64,000 nt of DNA from Octopus bimaculoides (lineage: Eukaryota). A program made the translations under genes and the position numbers. Under the pieces are notes generated by a model. The model was not told the origin of the DNA. It searched no databases and saw only the letters and a program-made list of their open reading frames with translations. The stretch's first letter is position 1; each line of letters begins with the position of its first letter. The DNA lies in assembly GCF_001194135.2 (NCBI RefSeq), contig NC_068984.1:38664684-38728683 (forward strand), read 5' to 3'. Shown piece after piece: positions 48,052-60,621 of this stretch.

Positions 48052-48586
48052 GCAGTACCAGACAGTGGCTCTCATAGCTCTTAACAGTCTGGAAGTGTTG
48101 TCATGTACATTGGTTTGGCTTGGTATAAAAGATGGGCTACAGCAAATATTCTGCTCAATACCACAGATTTACTTGTCAGTTGTTTGACATTAACCACTTC
48201 AGCATGTCTCTTAGTGGCTGACGATATGTGCATCTTTGATCATGAGCAGAAGTAATGAGGGAGCATCATAGCCATGTGTTGAGAGGAATTCTTTGGGGTT
48301 TGAATGATTCACCTCTGGAAGCATGAGTGTTTCGCTCGACATTCTTAAACAAACCTTATTCAAGGACCTTTGGAGTGGGATGGGCTACTCGACCTAAAGA
48401 AACTTCTAACTGGGTTCCACCTGCAAGGTCATGCGCTGTTTATCTTGATATGAGATCACCATGTCGCGCACATATGGTTGTAATGCATGTGGCTTTATTA
48501 TCAGATGGGTAGATATGATGGAATATACTGGGCTTCATATATTTTACTCCAATGTTAGTTTGAAGGCATGCGTTGTTCTCTCATTC
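48052..48586. mobile_element. 535-bp non-coding insertion flanked on both sides by (AAT)n
   Basis: Complex sequence with sharp boundaries between (AAC)n(AAT)n 47943-48051 and (AAT)n 48587-48647; no TIRs or convincing ORF. Confidence 0.55.
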
Positions 48587-48647
<61 letters not shown>

Positions 48648-48649
48648 GT

Positions 48650-49400
48650 AAGGATTATCAAGATTACCTATCTTTTCGCCTTCTTGACTATTCGTGGGTC
48701 AAAGGGGCATGCAACATTAACTATATAGCGTATATGGTACACCTTGTTCACCACCACCAGGTCTGATCTGTTATGCTCTAGCACCTGATCTGTTTGGATT
48801 AGAAAATCCTAGAGGATTTTGCTAGTCTCCGACTCTGCCACTCTCTGCGGTTTGTGCTCATACTACGTCTTGCCTCTCGATAGCTCCCACTTTTCGCAGT
48901 TTCTAATGTAACTCTTTCGCTACCTGGTCGTGTCGCCACAACTTGTAGTGGTTGAGAAAGTCTAGGGTATTCGTTCGTGATGTGGGCAATGGTTTCATCC
49001 ACTCTATTGCAGATGCGGCACAGCGGAAACACTTGCTCATTCCTAAGATTGACTCTCCAGTTCGTGACCAAAGCTTGGTCCTACGCTGCCAGTATAGGGC
49101 TCTCCGTATCTTTTTAGGGTTCCTTTCATCAGCCAATCCCACCTATTTTTCCAGCAACTTCTGTTGTGGCTGCATGGAATTGATTGTGTTGTCCTTTCTT
49201 GTGTAATTCTTCATGTCCTTTTAGTACTTCTTCCTTTGTTTTCCCTTTTTTTCTCTGCTCTCAATACTCCTTCGAACCAACTCGACTGTCACCTCGCTTC
49301 ACCCTACTTTATCCTCGGTCTTAAAGGATGGGTATACGTTTCTATATACCTTTCATCAGTGGATGGAGATGACATCGTTCCAATATTTGGCCAAGCCAAA
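48650..49400 (-). mobile_element. Third R4/Dong-clade LINE fragment (C-terminal zinc knuckle + RLE)
   Basis: WDWLMKGTLK...DQALVTN...LCRICNRVDETIAHIT...RHDQVAKELH...KIL*DFLIQTDQVLEHNRSDLVVV...VACPFD. Confidence 0.85.
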
Positions 49401-49407
49401 GCGGCAA

Positions 49408-49585
49408 GCTGGCAGAAACGTTAGCACGCCGGGAGAAATGCTTAGCGGTATTTTGTCTATCTTTGTTTTGATTTAAAATTCCACAGAGGTCGACCTTGCC
49501 TTTCGTCCTTTCGGGGTCGATAAATTAAGTACGAGTTGCGTACAGGGGACGATCTAATCGACTGGCTCCCTCCCCCAAAATTTCG
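49408..49585 (+). mobile_element. SINE family A
   Basis: AAAGCGGCAAGCTGGCAGAAACGTTAGCACGCCGGG...CCCCCAAAATTTCG. Confidence 0.88.
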
Positions 49586-50174
49586 TCTACAAGTGAGATG
49601 GTGTGCGCGAGTCTAGTGCGAATGAAAGTTATTCAGAAAATGATGATAATGATAATATAGTGCATCAACCGTGCTTTTTTTCTCCTTTATCTGAAAACGA
49701 TCTGTTCAAATCTTCTTTCTATTTGGACACACTAACGGCAGTTTTATTGAATTTTTTATTGCCCTCTTTTGTGTGTCCAGTATCAGGCATATAATAAATC
49801 TTTTAATTTTCTGTGTCTGATTAAAAGTTTTGAGTAGTTTTTGTTTTCGTCAGCGCTGCCACCTTTGAGGAAGTCTCCTTCTATTGCTGCCAAAGTGGAT
49901 GTCATATTTACAAATTGTTTTGAAATTGTTAGGCGGCAAAAAAGAAGTGAAATTCAATGTAAAATAAGTTGTTTTTTTTTTTTATTTGGCCGCGGGGGTT
50001 GTCCTACAAACGAAGGGAAAAGACTAAATTACCCTTCTAACCTCTACCGTGGTCGATAAAATGAAGTGTCTATCTAACCGAATTGTTAGCACGCCGGGCA
50101 AAATGCTTGTCGACNNNNNNNNNNAGGGAAAAGACTAAATTACCCTTCTAACCTCTACCGTGGTCGATAAAATG

Positions 50175-50606
50175 AAGTGTCTATCTAACCGAATTGTTAG
50201 CACGCCGGGCAAAATGCTTGTCGACATTTTGCCCATCTTCACGTTCTGAGTTCAAATTCTGCCGAGGTCGACTTTGCCTTTCATCCTTTCGGGGTTGATA
50301 AATTAAGTTTCAATCAAGTACTGAGGTCGATGCATTTTTCTCGACACTCTAATGATTATGCAAGCTCACTAGCTAATAGTTTCGAATTTAAGCACAAGGC
50401 CGGCAACTTTAAAGAGATGGAGTTTGTCGATTAGATGGACCCCAGTACTTGACTGATACTTCATTTTATCGATCCGGGGAAGATGAAGGGTAAAAGCCAC
50501 TTCGACGGGATTTGAACTCAGAATTTAGAGTCGAAATAAATGCCGCATGGCATTTTTTCCGACATTTTTACGATTCTACTAGTCCACTACCACCACCAAC
50601 AACAAC

Positions 50607-50641
<35 letters not shown>

Positions 50642-51150
50642 CCATGACGTTGATGAGGAGGAGAAGGATGACGACGATGACGACGACGACGACGATAATG
50701 ATTTTATTTGTCACAATAGCAACTCAAATACGAGAAATGTTAAAGCAAACTGGCGAAAACAAACATTTTGTGACGAACATATATACATAATGCAACGAAA
50801 GAAAAAAAATTATGACAAATACTAAGTGTAAACAGCATAAAGTTAATATATACATAACTCAATCCATCTCATGTATGATGGGCCCTGCTTACAGTTGTTT
50901 TCCACTTCGAACAACACAACTAACCTGCTCTAAGTGATCGAGTTCTCCGCAGATATTTGTATACATAATTCTTTCCAATTTTTTGCACAAGCCCAGCAAT
51001 TTTTTTAAGGAATGGAACAGGTCAATTACATCGACCCAATACTCAACTGGTATTTATTTTATTGACCACGGAAGGATAAAAGGTAAAGCTGACCTCTGCG
51101 GCATTTGAACTCAGAACGTAAAGAGCCGGAAAAAATTGCCAACCGATAAT
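50175..51150. mobile_element. Three SINE family A copies (+50175-50335, -50385-50582, -50978-51150)
   Basis: Consensus matches in both orientations. Confidence 0.8.
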
Positions 51151-51454
51151 TCTGCCTCTGCCACCACTACCGCCATGAACACCAACGCAAAAAAGCCGTC
51201 CGCCAGATAGAAATTATTTTATCAACTCAAGAATTAAAAAATGCGAAAAGCATGTTTACAAGAACTAGATGAAACGTAGCCTTAAATATACTGGAATTTG
51301 TCCGACACGGAACCAACCTCAAAACTTCTGTCTGCAGAACAATAGGAACGAAAAGTCGGAAAATAGGACAACCGTTACAGCAACTAGTTGAAAAGTGCTT
51401 CAGACCCATCTGAAGCATCAAATCATATATCGCCAGGAGAGAAAGTATGACATA

Positions 51455-53320
51455 GTAGCGATAAGATTTCCGACAAAGGTCAGTTAAACACTCTCCCTTG
51501 GAGAGTCACAAACTGGTACTGATACCAATCTGTTTCATTGTCATAAAAATAAAGATAAATCTACCTCCCGAAATGAAGAGAACAGCCACCACCAGCCAGA
51601 AGATGTTTATTTCGGGAGGCACAACTACAGAAGAAAACTAATATTTTGAAGGTTCAGAGGCTGCAAGGCCAAGGATTGGAACTACTAATCTATACTGGTC
51701 ATCAAAGTATAGAAGTCATCCTGGACCTCAGAAATCTGCCAGACAACCAACAACTGTACATGGCCGTTGAGGAACGATTTCCGAAATGTCACTTTTGTGG
51801 TGACAAACATCACTTCAAAGTATTCTCTCCACAGCAAAAAGGAGAGAGAAGTCAGACCTACACTTCAGCAGACACCACCACCACAGCAACGGCAAAAACA
51901 AGAGTAGCTCCGACGGCAGCGTGCGGTTATTTCAACAGCAACAATGACAGCAGCCACCAAACAACAGCAACAGCAGCAGCAGCGGCAACAGCAGCAACAC
52001 AAACAACAGCAATAGTGGAAACAACAGCAACCAAAACAATAGAAGAAACACCATCCGCAACAGCCATAACATCGCTGATAATAACCGTAACTGAAAGCCC
52101 CTGAACGGCAACAACAGGACAAAAATACAATGAACTTTAAGAAATGCCCTTCCCCACTTTGTTACCTTCCCACACGACGTGTGTGTGAAGGTAACAAAGC
52201 AATCAAATGGCAAAAAGTAAGAAATAAGAAAAAGAAAAGAGAAAATAACACGTTTGCCAAAAAAAAACTGATGGAAGAAGCATCTTTCTACAACGACACA
52301 CCAACACCATCAACAACAACTCCAATACTACAATCATCACCACCATCAAAATCAGCCACGCTACAGATAGCCAACATCACAAACACTAACCAATCCATTC
52401 CGCCCCCGAACCAACAACTATAGCAAAGAAACATGGCGCGTAGAGTACTGTCAAGCGCTCACAGCGCTCTCCTTGTTGGGCAATGTGGTCGGTGGAGATA
52501 GAGGGTTAGTGACGAACAAGAGCGATGACGTTCTAGGCAAGGCTCTGAAGGTCGACAAAAATCAACTATCAAGTCTATTCTGGAGGACTTTCAGACTGGG
52601 GCTCATCGATAATTTCCTGAAATACCTCGCTTGGCAGTGCTACCGGTAGGCATTGCCAGTTCGAGATAAACTCCAAAGGCACGGAAGTGCCGTCAGCCGA
52701 GTCTGCCCGAGAGGAGTGCGAACAACGACAAAACTGTTTCGCACGCGCTCGTCTAACGCCCGAGCATTGCTGACTTGTGAAGTTATGTTGAACACCTGTC
52801 ACACGTAAAGATGAAACTGGTTTTTAGTTGAGCCCAATGTGAAAATCATCCAGTCGCTTTCATTTAGCCGAGAGGGACAGGCATCGTGTATCTGTCTGGT
52901 GTTCTTACCGAAAGAGATTGTGTGATGGACCTGATTAAAAGGGTTGAAGACAGATATCGTCCTCTTTGATCAAGCTCTCATCAACTCATTCTAGTTTCAT
53001 TTGAAAAGGACAGTGAAACAGAAAGAGAAGTACTTCCTCCCTGTAAATCTGTTGAAAGGGGAATGAGAGCAGTGAGCTTGGTCCGAGCCTGTAGATTGAA
53101 GAACAACATGGAGAAGACATTTCCCTTAGTGGTCAGGGTGACCGTGGTTTTGTGGGATCTCCACGAGTAGCCCTTTGAAGTCTACCTCCTTTTAAAGAAT
53201 TATTCATTGTTAGAATTTATTGTCACTGTTATTCTGTTTTCATTCTCTTTTATGTAGTCCCACATTACATCGCCCTGTAGCATCTTCAACGTTCTTGTGA
53301 ACCCTTAGTGGTTAATAAAG
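51455..53320 (+). mobile_element. L1/Tx1-like LINE: ORF1 remnant joined directly to the ORF2 C-terminus and 3'UTR (EN/RT absent)
   Basis: ORF1-like: KINLPPE...EERFPKCHFCGDKHH zinc knuckle plus T/A-rich tail, stop at 52423. Then LAWQCYR*ALPVRDKLQRHG....CPR...TVSHALV..DL (zf-RVT-type), and AATAAA at 53314-53319. Confidence 0.75.
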
Positions 53321-53324
53321 GAAC

Positions 53325-53870
53325 GTTATTGTTGTTGTTGTTGTTGTTGTTTGTGGTGGTGGTGATGGTGGTGCTGGTGGTGCTGGTGCTGGTGGTGATG
53401 GTGGTGGCGGTGGGGATAGTGTTGGCGGCGATGATGGTGGTGGTGGTGGTATTTTTGAATCAGATGACGTTAGCAAACATTGTCACAAGACTATTTTATG
53501 AATGTCAGTGTATTTGCGTGTGTATATGCTTATGTATGTATGTATGTATGTATGTATGTATGTATGCATGTATGCATGTATGTATGTATGTATGTATGTA
53601 TGTATGTGTCTGATGTGTTTGTGTCCTTCAACGTTGTTTACATTTTTATATGTCAGTGTATTATGTTTTTGTCAGTATATGTATGCCTGTGACAGAAAGA
53701 ATGAGTGTGTGTGTGTGTGTGTGCGTGTGTGTGCGCGTGTGTGTGTGTGCGTGCGTGAATGCGTGTGTGCGTGCNNNNNNNNNNNNNNNNNNNGTGTGTG
53801 TGGGTGGGTGGGTGTGTGGGTGTGTGTGTTTGTGTGTGTGTGCGTGCGTGTGTGTGTGTGTGTGTGTACG
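53325..53870. repeat. (GTT)n/(GTG)n, (TATG)n and (TG)n microsatellite block
   Basis: Directly visible; includes a small gap. Confidence 0.9.
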
Positions 53871-55042
53871 TGCGCATTTGTCAGACTGACCTGGAAATTT
53901 TTCATTTTGGAAATTGGACGTTGGTGATATTTTGTGGTAACTTGAAGAATATAGGATCTGAAAGGTACTCCAATAAGAAAAAGCCTGTTAGAAAGAAATG
54001 TACTACAATATATTTAACAGATATGCTTCAATTTCGATGTGGAAGCATATTTAGGATTTTAAAAAATATAACAGAAAAGCAAGGACTGCAAAGTAAAATT
54101 GATAGTTATAGTTTGAAGCAATGGATTCTATTTAATGAGCTCTTGTGCGATGTTGCCTGCCAGCAAATTAGGCTTTTCTGAAAGTATTTTATTTTCTCAG
54201 TAAGTTAGACGCTGCCTAATGTAAAGACCGGCTGGAATGCCAAGGTATCAGTTCTTGAGAAGTTCGTATAGAATCTCTGATGCGACATTGTATGTTTAAA
54301 CAATGTATTAAGACTTTCATGCCTTTTTCTCACTGCTCCAATGTAGAATGGCCGAGTGAATGTAGAAGTACCAGTTGACGGGTCTTCGATTCAAATCCGC
54401 TGCAGCCGTTGTCATCATTGTTGTTCTTGAAGCTGTTGCTCATGTTGTTGTTGTTTTACGACACCAGTATTCTTCAAACAGACATGAACATTACAACTTC
54501 AAATGAACTCTTTCTTTTAAGTTATAGGGGCTTGTAGCCAAAAGAAATCAACGCATCAACGCAACTAGTCATAACAGTAACATATCAATCAAAGAGTCAC
54601 CAACGCGTATCTTGTTCCTGATATTATGCGTCGTTTATGGCCAGAGCATTCAATTTTTTGCTTACTTTATTCAGATATCTGTAAACATGTATTAGAGGAA
54701 GGAGTAGTTATAAAGCGCTAGGTCAGTCTTCGTCTGGCTTTGGACAACCCAAATATTTTGATTAACTTCTTGTATCTAGAACTACGTAAACCAATGTACC
54801 CCACCCTGTTCAAGACGGTAGAATATGGTTTGGAGAGATTTTGCTACAATTTCTAACAGGTCGGAAAATTACGTAAAATTACGTGTTTTTGAAGTTTTGT
54901 GATACGAACACATTCTTCCCTGGAGGAAGTGTGTCTTTCATTGACAGTACACTCAGAAACCTGAGCTATGTAACTACCTTTAAAATTCTGTGCAATAAGG
55001 TAAAAAGGAACGAAATATGTTGGTAATATAATGAGCAGAAAT

Positions 55043-55255
55043 AAGGCGGCGAACTGGTATGATCGTTAGCACGCCGGGCAAAATGCTACGCAGCATTTCG
55101 CTCGTCTTTACGTTCTGAGTTCAAATTCCGCCGAAGGCCGACTTTGCTTTTCATCATTTCGGGGTCAATAAATTAAGTAACAGTTGAACATTGAGATCGA
55201 TGTAATCAACTCACCTCCGAATTTGCTGTCCGTGAGCCAAAATTTGAAACCAATA
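55043..55255 (+). mobile_element. SINE family A
   Basis: Full-length consensus match. Confidence 0.88.
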
Positions 55256-56157
55256 TAACGACCAGAACTTATTTCATCGAACAGTACATGACTGAACTTA
55301 AAATATTTAATCCAGACGATCGAAAAACGAGTAAACTTTATCCTAATGGGATTTTATTGCAGACGAACGGAATTAATACTATTAATCTACCACTTTAGTT
55401 TCTATAATTAATTTTGGTCTGGATTATATTGAAATCTTCCCACCTCCATCCTTGCAAGAGAATCAGAAAGGAGAAAACAAGGTGGTCTGATTATTTTTAT
55501 AAATATATCATTGAGCATGTATTATTTTTAAGATTACTTTACAGAAAATAACATTAACGTTCAATAAATGTTTCCTGACTTCCGGAACAAAGGTAGTTGG
55601 CTTTTACTGGTAACTCTTTTCTTTATAGCAGAGAATGAAATAAAAAATAGATTCTGAAAGCAATTATATTGCTGTGCCTTTTTACATTATATGTTGTTTA
55701 TTTATTTATTTATTTATTTTGTTTCAAGCCTATCAATTGTACTGGGTTCTAAGGAATTAATTATGTGACCTTTTGTTATGTTAGAATCACGTGCGAATAC
55801 ACACATCCTCCCACGCAAGTACAAAAAATACACTTGCGCACATGAGTATATAGACAACGTGTGTGTCAGTGTGTGTGTGTTTGTGTGCATGTGTTAGTGT
55901 GTGTATGTGTCAGTGTGNNNNNNNNNNNNNNNNNNNNNNNNNNNNNNNNNNNNNNNNNNNNNNNNNNNNNNNNNNNNNNNNNNNNNNNNNNNNNNNNNNN
56001 NNNNNNNNNNNNNNNNNNNNNNNNNNNNNNNNNNNNNNNNNNNNNNNNNNNNNNNNNNNNNNNNNNNNNNNNNNNNNNNNNNNNNNNNNNNNNNNNNNNN
56101 NNNNNNNNNNNNNNNNNNNNNNNNNNNNNNNNNNNNNNNNNNNNNNNNNNNNNNNNN

Positions 56158-56207
<50 letters not shown>

Positions 56208-56943
56208 ATAACTGGGCCGAACCGTTAAAAAAAATAGTGCGAGATGAGAAATGCATTTTAGTAAAAAGCAAAATAATATTTAATTGTTCCATATTTTTAT
56301 AAATCTCTGCATTACATTTTGCTTTGCTAATTGTAATTCCAGCTTGACCTTAACCTAGTTATACTTTTGATTGTATCTTGATTGTTTGTGTTATTATTGT
56401 TTAGTTATATTGTTGAAGAATCACAAAATAATTAAATCTTACATTCATCTCTAACGGCTTTGATTTTATAAAGTTCGTCTGGGTGGAAACAACTTAATGA
56501 AGCCTCTCTCTCTTTCCAAGGAATATAACTTGGAAAGCACTACTAGCTTACGACACACCCGTCAATTACACATAGCTGTTGCTTACAACAGTGGTCAACA
56601 GTACTTTCTTGTGATACTTATTTACAGTTAACTGAAATTAGTAATCAAAAATTTGAGTGATTTGCCCATAAACAACATACAATGTCGGGAACGAGATACG
56701 CACTGGTGACTCTTCGATTGCTAAATCATTAACCAGCTTTCTTTAATGTGAGGATTTCTTTTGATCAAGCCATTAACTCCTACAGTTTAGAAGGAGTTAA
56801 GTTGAAGCTGTGAAGTTCATGCCTGTCTGAAGAGCATCGGCGTCATAAATTAAATTAAATGGTTTTACTGGGAGGGGGTGGAGATCAAAGACTATCGCCA
56901 ACCTAGTTCTCTAACAAGAACTTACTAGCGACAGCGTTCGATA

Positions 56944-56944
<1 letters not shown>

Positions 56945-57016
<72 letters not shown>

Positions 57017-57075
57017 TCCCTCTCTCCCTCTCTATCTCTCTGTTTCTCTCGGTCTGTCTCTCTCTCTCTCTTTCT
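56945..57075. repeat. (CT)n(CA)n microsatellite
   Basis: Directly visible. Confidence 0.92.
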
Positions 57076-58081
57076 AATATTAGTAATATGTTATTCCTTT
57101 TCAAACAATCTGCAATTATAGGTTTGTGATAAATTGTGGCAGTAATAAATATTCGATGTCAATAGACGTCTTTAGTACCTTTGGAAATGGTATAAAAGTC
57201 ACAATTTTCCATTCTCCAAATCATTTTCAGGTTTCTTGCTTTGAAATATTGGATATTTGAAAACGGACGTTCAGACAAACAGACGATCAAAGAAAGCCTA
57301 CATTAGAGTGTGCGTGTCTGTGCGCGCGCAACCAGACCATAAATGCATTAGTTGACCTCATTTACAGGCTTGCATCGTCAGGTACTACCCAACAAACACA
57401 TCAATATGCAAGGCAGTCGTTATTATTATCATATTACTGTATTGAGAATTCACATAACATTCTGTGTCCAGGCCCAGGCGGAATTCACTCCTAAATCGAT
57501 CAGCTTTCCAAATAACGACGTTTAATTTAATTACATTAAATTCATAACAGAAATCGGGACAAACTAATTGAAATTATGCTATGTTAAATTGTGTGTGGTG
57601 AGATGACCGTTCACTGCCAGTACCGAACAGATGTCGCTGAAATGTTTCAACATTTCAAAACCTGAAAACGGAACTCAAACCAACTAGCTAGCCAACCAAC
57701 CGGTTCAAAGACGATTTCCAAGTGTAAATTGTCGGTTCTATAGAATACCATCTTTTGATCCTAAGAATTAAAGCCTCGCTGTGTGCAATTTCATAAGAGG
57801 TCGAACTTTTGCTAATTAGCCAGTCAAAGACTTTATAGGAGATTTCCAAGTATAGATTATCGGTTCTCTCGAAAAATTTTGTTTGATCCTACGAATTTAA
57901 ACTTCTTTGGGTAAAAATTTATAAAAGCTGGAGTGTGTATGCTAATTAGATCCTTTCGGAATCGAAAAAAAGCACATTTGACTTCCGCTTCGTATCTTAC
58001 AAGCTCCTTAAAATAATTCCAGAAAATATTATCTCGTCGTATTAAATATTTATTATCTAAGTTCAGTATTTTCAATCCTCA

Positions 58082-58218
58082 TTTTACGTTCTGACATCAA
58101 ATTCCACCGAGGTCGACTTTGCCTTTCATCCTTTCGGGGTCGATAAAACAAGATTCTACGTAATCGATTTAACCCCTCCCCCAAAATTGCTGGCCTGGCG
58201 CCAAAATCTGAAACCAAT
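58082..58218 (+). mobile_element. SINE family A, 5'-truncated
   Basis: TTTACGTTCTGACATCAAATTCCACCGAGGTCGACTTTGCC...CCAAAATCTGAAACCAAT. Confidence 0.85.
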
Positions 58219-58287
58219 GTTTTATATCCTCATCAGAATGACTTCGAGGAAGAGCAAGTAATTACTCATCTTGATCTCCAACTTTTG

Positions 58288-58605
58288 ACTGGCACTCCGT
58301 CGCTAACGATGACAAAGGTTCCAGCGATCCGATCAACAAGACAGCCTGCTCGTGAAATTAACTTTCAAGTGGCTGGGTACTCCACAGACACGCGTAATCT
58401 TAATGTAGATCTCAGTGAGATTCAGCGAGACACAGAATGTAACAATGCTGGCCCTTTTGAAATACAGGTACTGCTTATTTTTACCAGTTGAGTGGACTGA
58501 TGTAACATGAAATAAATTTCTTGCTCAAGAGACACAACGCGCTGCGAAGTATCGAGCTCACGACCTTACGATTGTGAGCCTTACCACTAAGCCACGCACC
58601 TTCAC
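58288..58605 (-). mobile_element. tRNA-head SINE with CORE-like middle and family C 3' tail
   Basis: Head GTGAAGGTGCGTGGCTTAGTGGT...GAGCTCGATAC; TTGTGTCTCTTGAGCAAG; tail identical in type to 26705-26880. Confidence 0.78.
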
Positions 58606-59314
58606 TCTCCTACTTCCCTATCCTACTTCGAGGTAAAATAACAAATGCTTGTAACTCCCTTGCGGAATCTAAAATTACTTTCACAATATTCCTAGACACC
58701 CAAAATGTTACTTACTATGGAAGAACATCAAATGCTTAAACTCAAAATTACAGATTTATGAAGCATAGAAAATAACTTGCTAACCTAACGGGTTAGATAC
58801 AGCGTCTAGAGCTAGATGACATTTGATTTCTAGAAACTAGTATAAACAAAGACAGCCCCACCCAGGTTTCAACTAAAGTGACATTGGAATATTGCATGAG
58901 AAACTGATCAACGAACTTTTCAATGTGCTCTGTCATGGGAGAGTTTGTACAAGAGTTCAATAAATCCAGTTGTCGTGAGAAGTGAAGTATCTAACATTCC
59001 ACACTACTACCGTTCGTTTGTAAGTGAGGAAGATAGCGAGAAAATTGGGGAGTCACTTTTTAAATGAAGGAGTTGAAGTGGAGAGAGGCGGTGAAAAGGT
59101 GAAAAATTTGGAGTACGATATAGAATCGGTGGAATGGAGACTAAAATTAGAGAGAGAAAGTAGAAGGAGCTAACACCACAGACCTTGCAGGAAAGAGATA
59201 TGGAGTTCAAATCGAGATAGAGAAAACTGAAGCTAAATGGAGTAAGACAAACAACGCACACACTCAGAAGGTCATATCTTAAAAAAGTATTGTATGTAAC
59301 TAAAAGCATTCATA

Positions 59315-59682
59315 GGCGCAGGCGTGACTGTGGGGGTAAGAGCTTTGCTTTCCAACCACATTGTTCTGGGTTCAGTTTCGTTGTGTTGCACCTTGAGCAA
59401 GTGTCTTCTGCTAGATCACCGGACCGATTAAAGCATTGTGAGTAGACTTAGTAGACGGAAACTGAAAGAAGCCCGGCGTATATATGTGTGTGTGTGTGTT
59501 TTCCCACCACCACCGCTTGATAACTGTTTACGTTCCCGTAACTTAGTGGTTCGGTAAAAGAGACCGATAGAATAGTACCAGACTTAAAAAATAAGTACTG
59601 AGATCGATTTATTCGACTAAACCCTTCAAGTCGGTACCCCAGCATGGCTGCAGTGCAATGACAGAAACAAGTAAAAGATAGA
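59315..59682 (+). mobile_element. SINE family B with internal (TA)(TG)n
   Basis: GGCGCAGGCGTGACTGTG...GGGTTCAG...CACCTTGAGCAAGTGTCTTC...AATGACAGAAACAAGTAAAAG. Confidence 0.88.
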
Positions 59683-60385
59683 GCATAAAAAATCTTTAGT
59701 TAATACAGGTGTGTAAATCATATATAACATGTTCGTGTACACCCAGACATGGAAAGACATGCACTGAAGAAATAATCTCGAGAGAAAAATTCTTCCCTTT
59801 GAAGACAATACGAGTGAAAAACACCATTGGGCTATAAGTGACGTTATCGGACCGTAGGACGAATGCATTTCTGTGTCTGATACCGAGTCGTCATTCAGAA
59901 CTAGTTGTTTTTATATCAAAACAGCAGATCGTACAGTTACTGATTAATGCAAAGCTTTGTCGCACTGGAATTAATTAGAGGCTTACTAAGAAGAGCTGAA
60001 TGAAATATAGGCGTGTCTAATCATATTTACAGTATTCATGTACACTTGAATATGAAAAGATATACGCTGCATTTATTGTCTGGAGAGAAAAATTCTCTTT
60101 ATAGACGATATCTGTTTTTCACACGTGATCGTACACGCCTGTATTTTATTCAATGTTACTTAATGTGCCTCTAATTAATTTAGTTAACAGTTATGATTAT
60201 GAATGAGGGGAAAGCCAGAGAGATAGAACGTGAGAGGGAGGTCAGGCGAACAAAAAAGAGAAAATGAAGGATAGGAAAGAAAAGACAGAGGTAGAGCCAA
60301 AGTTTTTTTTTTTTAAAGACGAAGTAGTGGTCACAGGAAGAAAAGGAAAGGTGACAGAGTGACAAAGTGAGCTGGAAATAAAAAC

Positions 60386-60621
60386 TTGTTGTTGTTGTTG
60401 GCACTCCGTCGCTTACGACGTCGAGGGTTCCAGTTGATCCAATCAACGGAACAGCCTGCTCGTGAAATTAACGTGCAAGTGGCTGAGCACTCCACAGACA
60501 CGTGCACCCTTAACGTAGTTCTCAGGGACATTCAGCGTGACAAGGCTGGCCCTTTGAAATACAGGCACAACAGAAACAGGAAGTAAGAGTGAGAGAAAAT
60601 TGCGGTGAAAAAGTACAGCAG
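60386..60621 (-). mobile_element. SINE family C, 3' part
   Basis: Nearly identical to 26705-26945, including the (CAA)n tail. Confidence 0.88.

Noticed and set aside
49320-49375. Minus-strand CTGATGA...GAAACGTA resembling a hammerhead
   Set aside because: Stems I and II do not pair, and it lies within LINE-derived sequence.
50014-50224. 100-bp exact tandem repeat around a 10-N gap
   Set aside because: Assembly overlap artefact; cannot be taken as biological without reads.
54343-54405. tRNA-like A/B boxes (also at SINE heads, 25244-25319 and 27020-27089)
   Set aside because: No complete cloverleaf; these are SINE heads or decayed pseudogenes, not tRNA genes.
57698-57705. Perfect Grainyhead-type palindrome AACCGGTT 14 kb upstream of the chitin-binding gene
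   Set aside because: One 8-mer in 64 kb is about what chance gives; no clustering or conservation evidence.
57857-58075. 72-aa minus-strand ORF and similar short ORFs at 18696-18965 and 59007-59309
   Set aside because: No recognisable domain, no convincing splice sites; lengths are compatible with chance.
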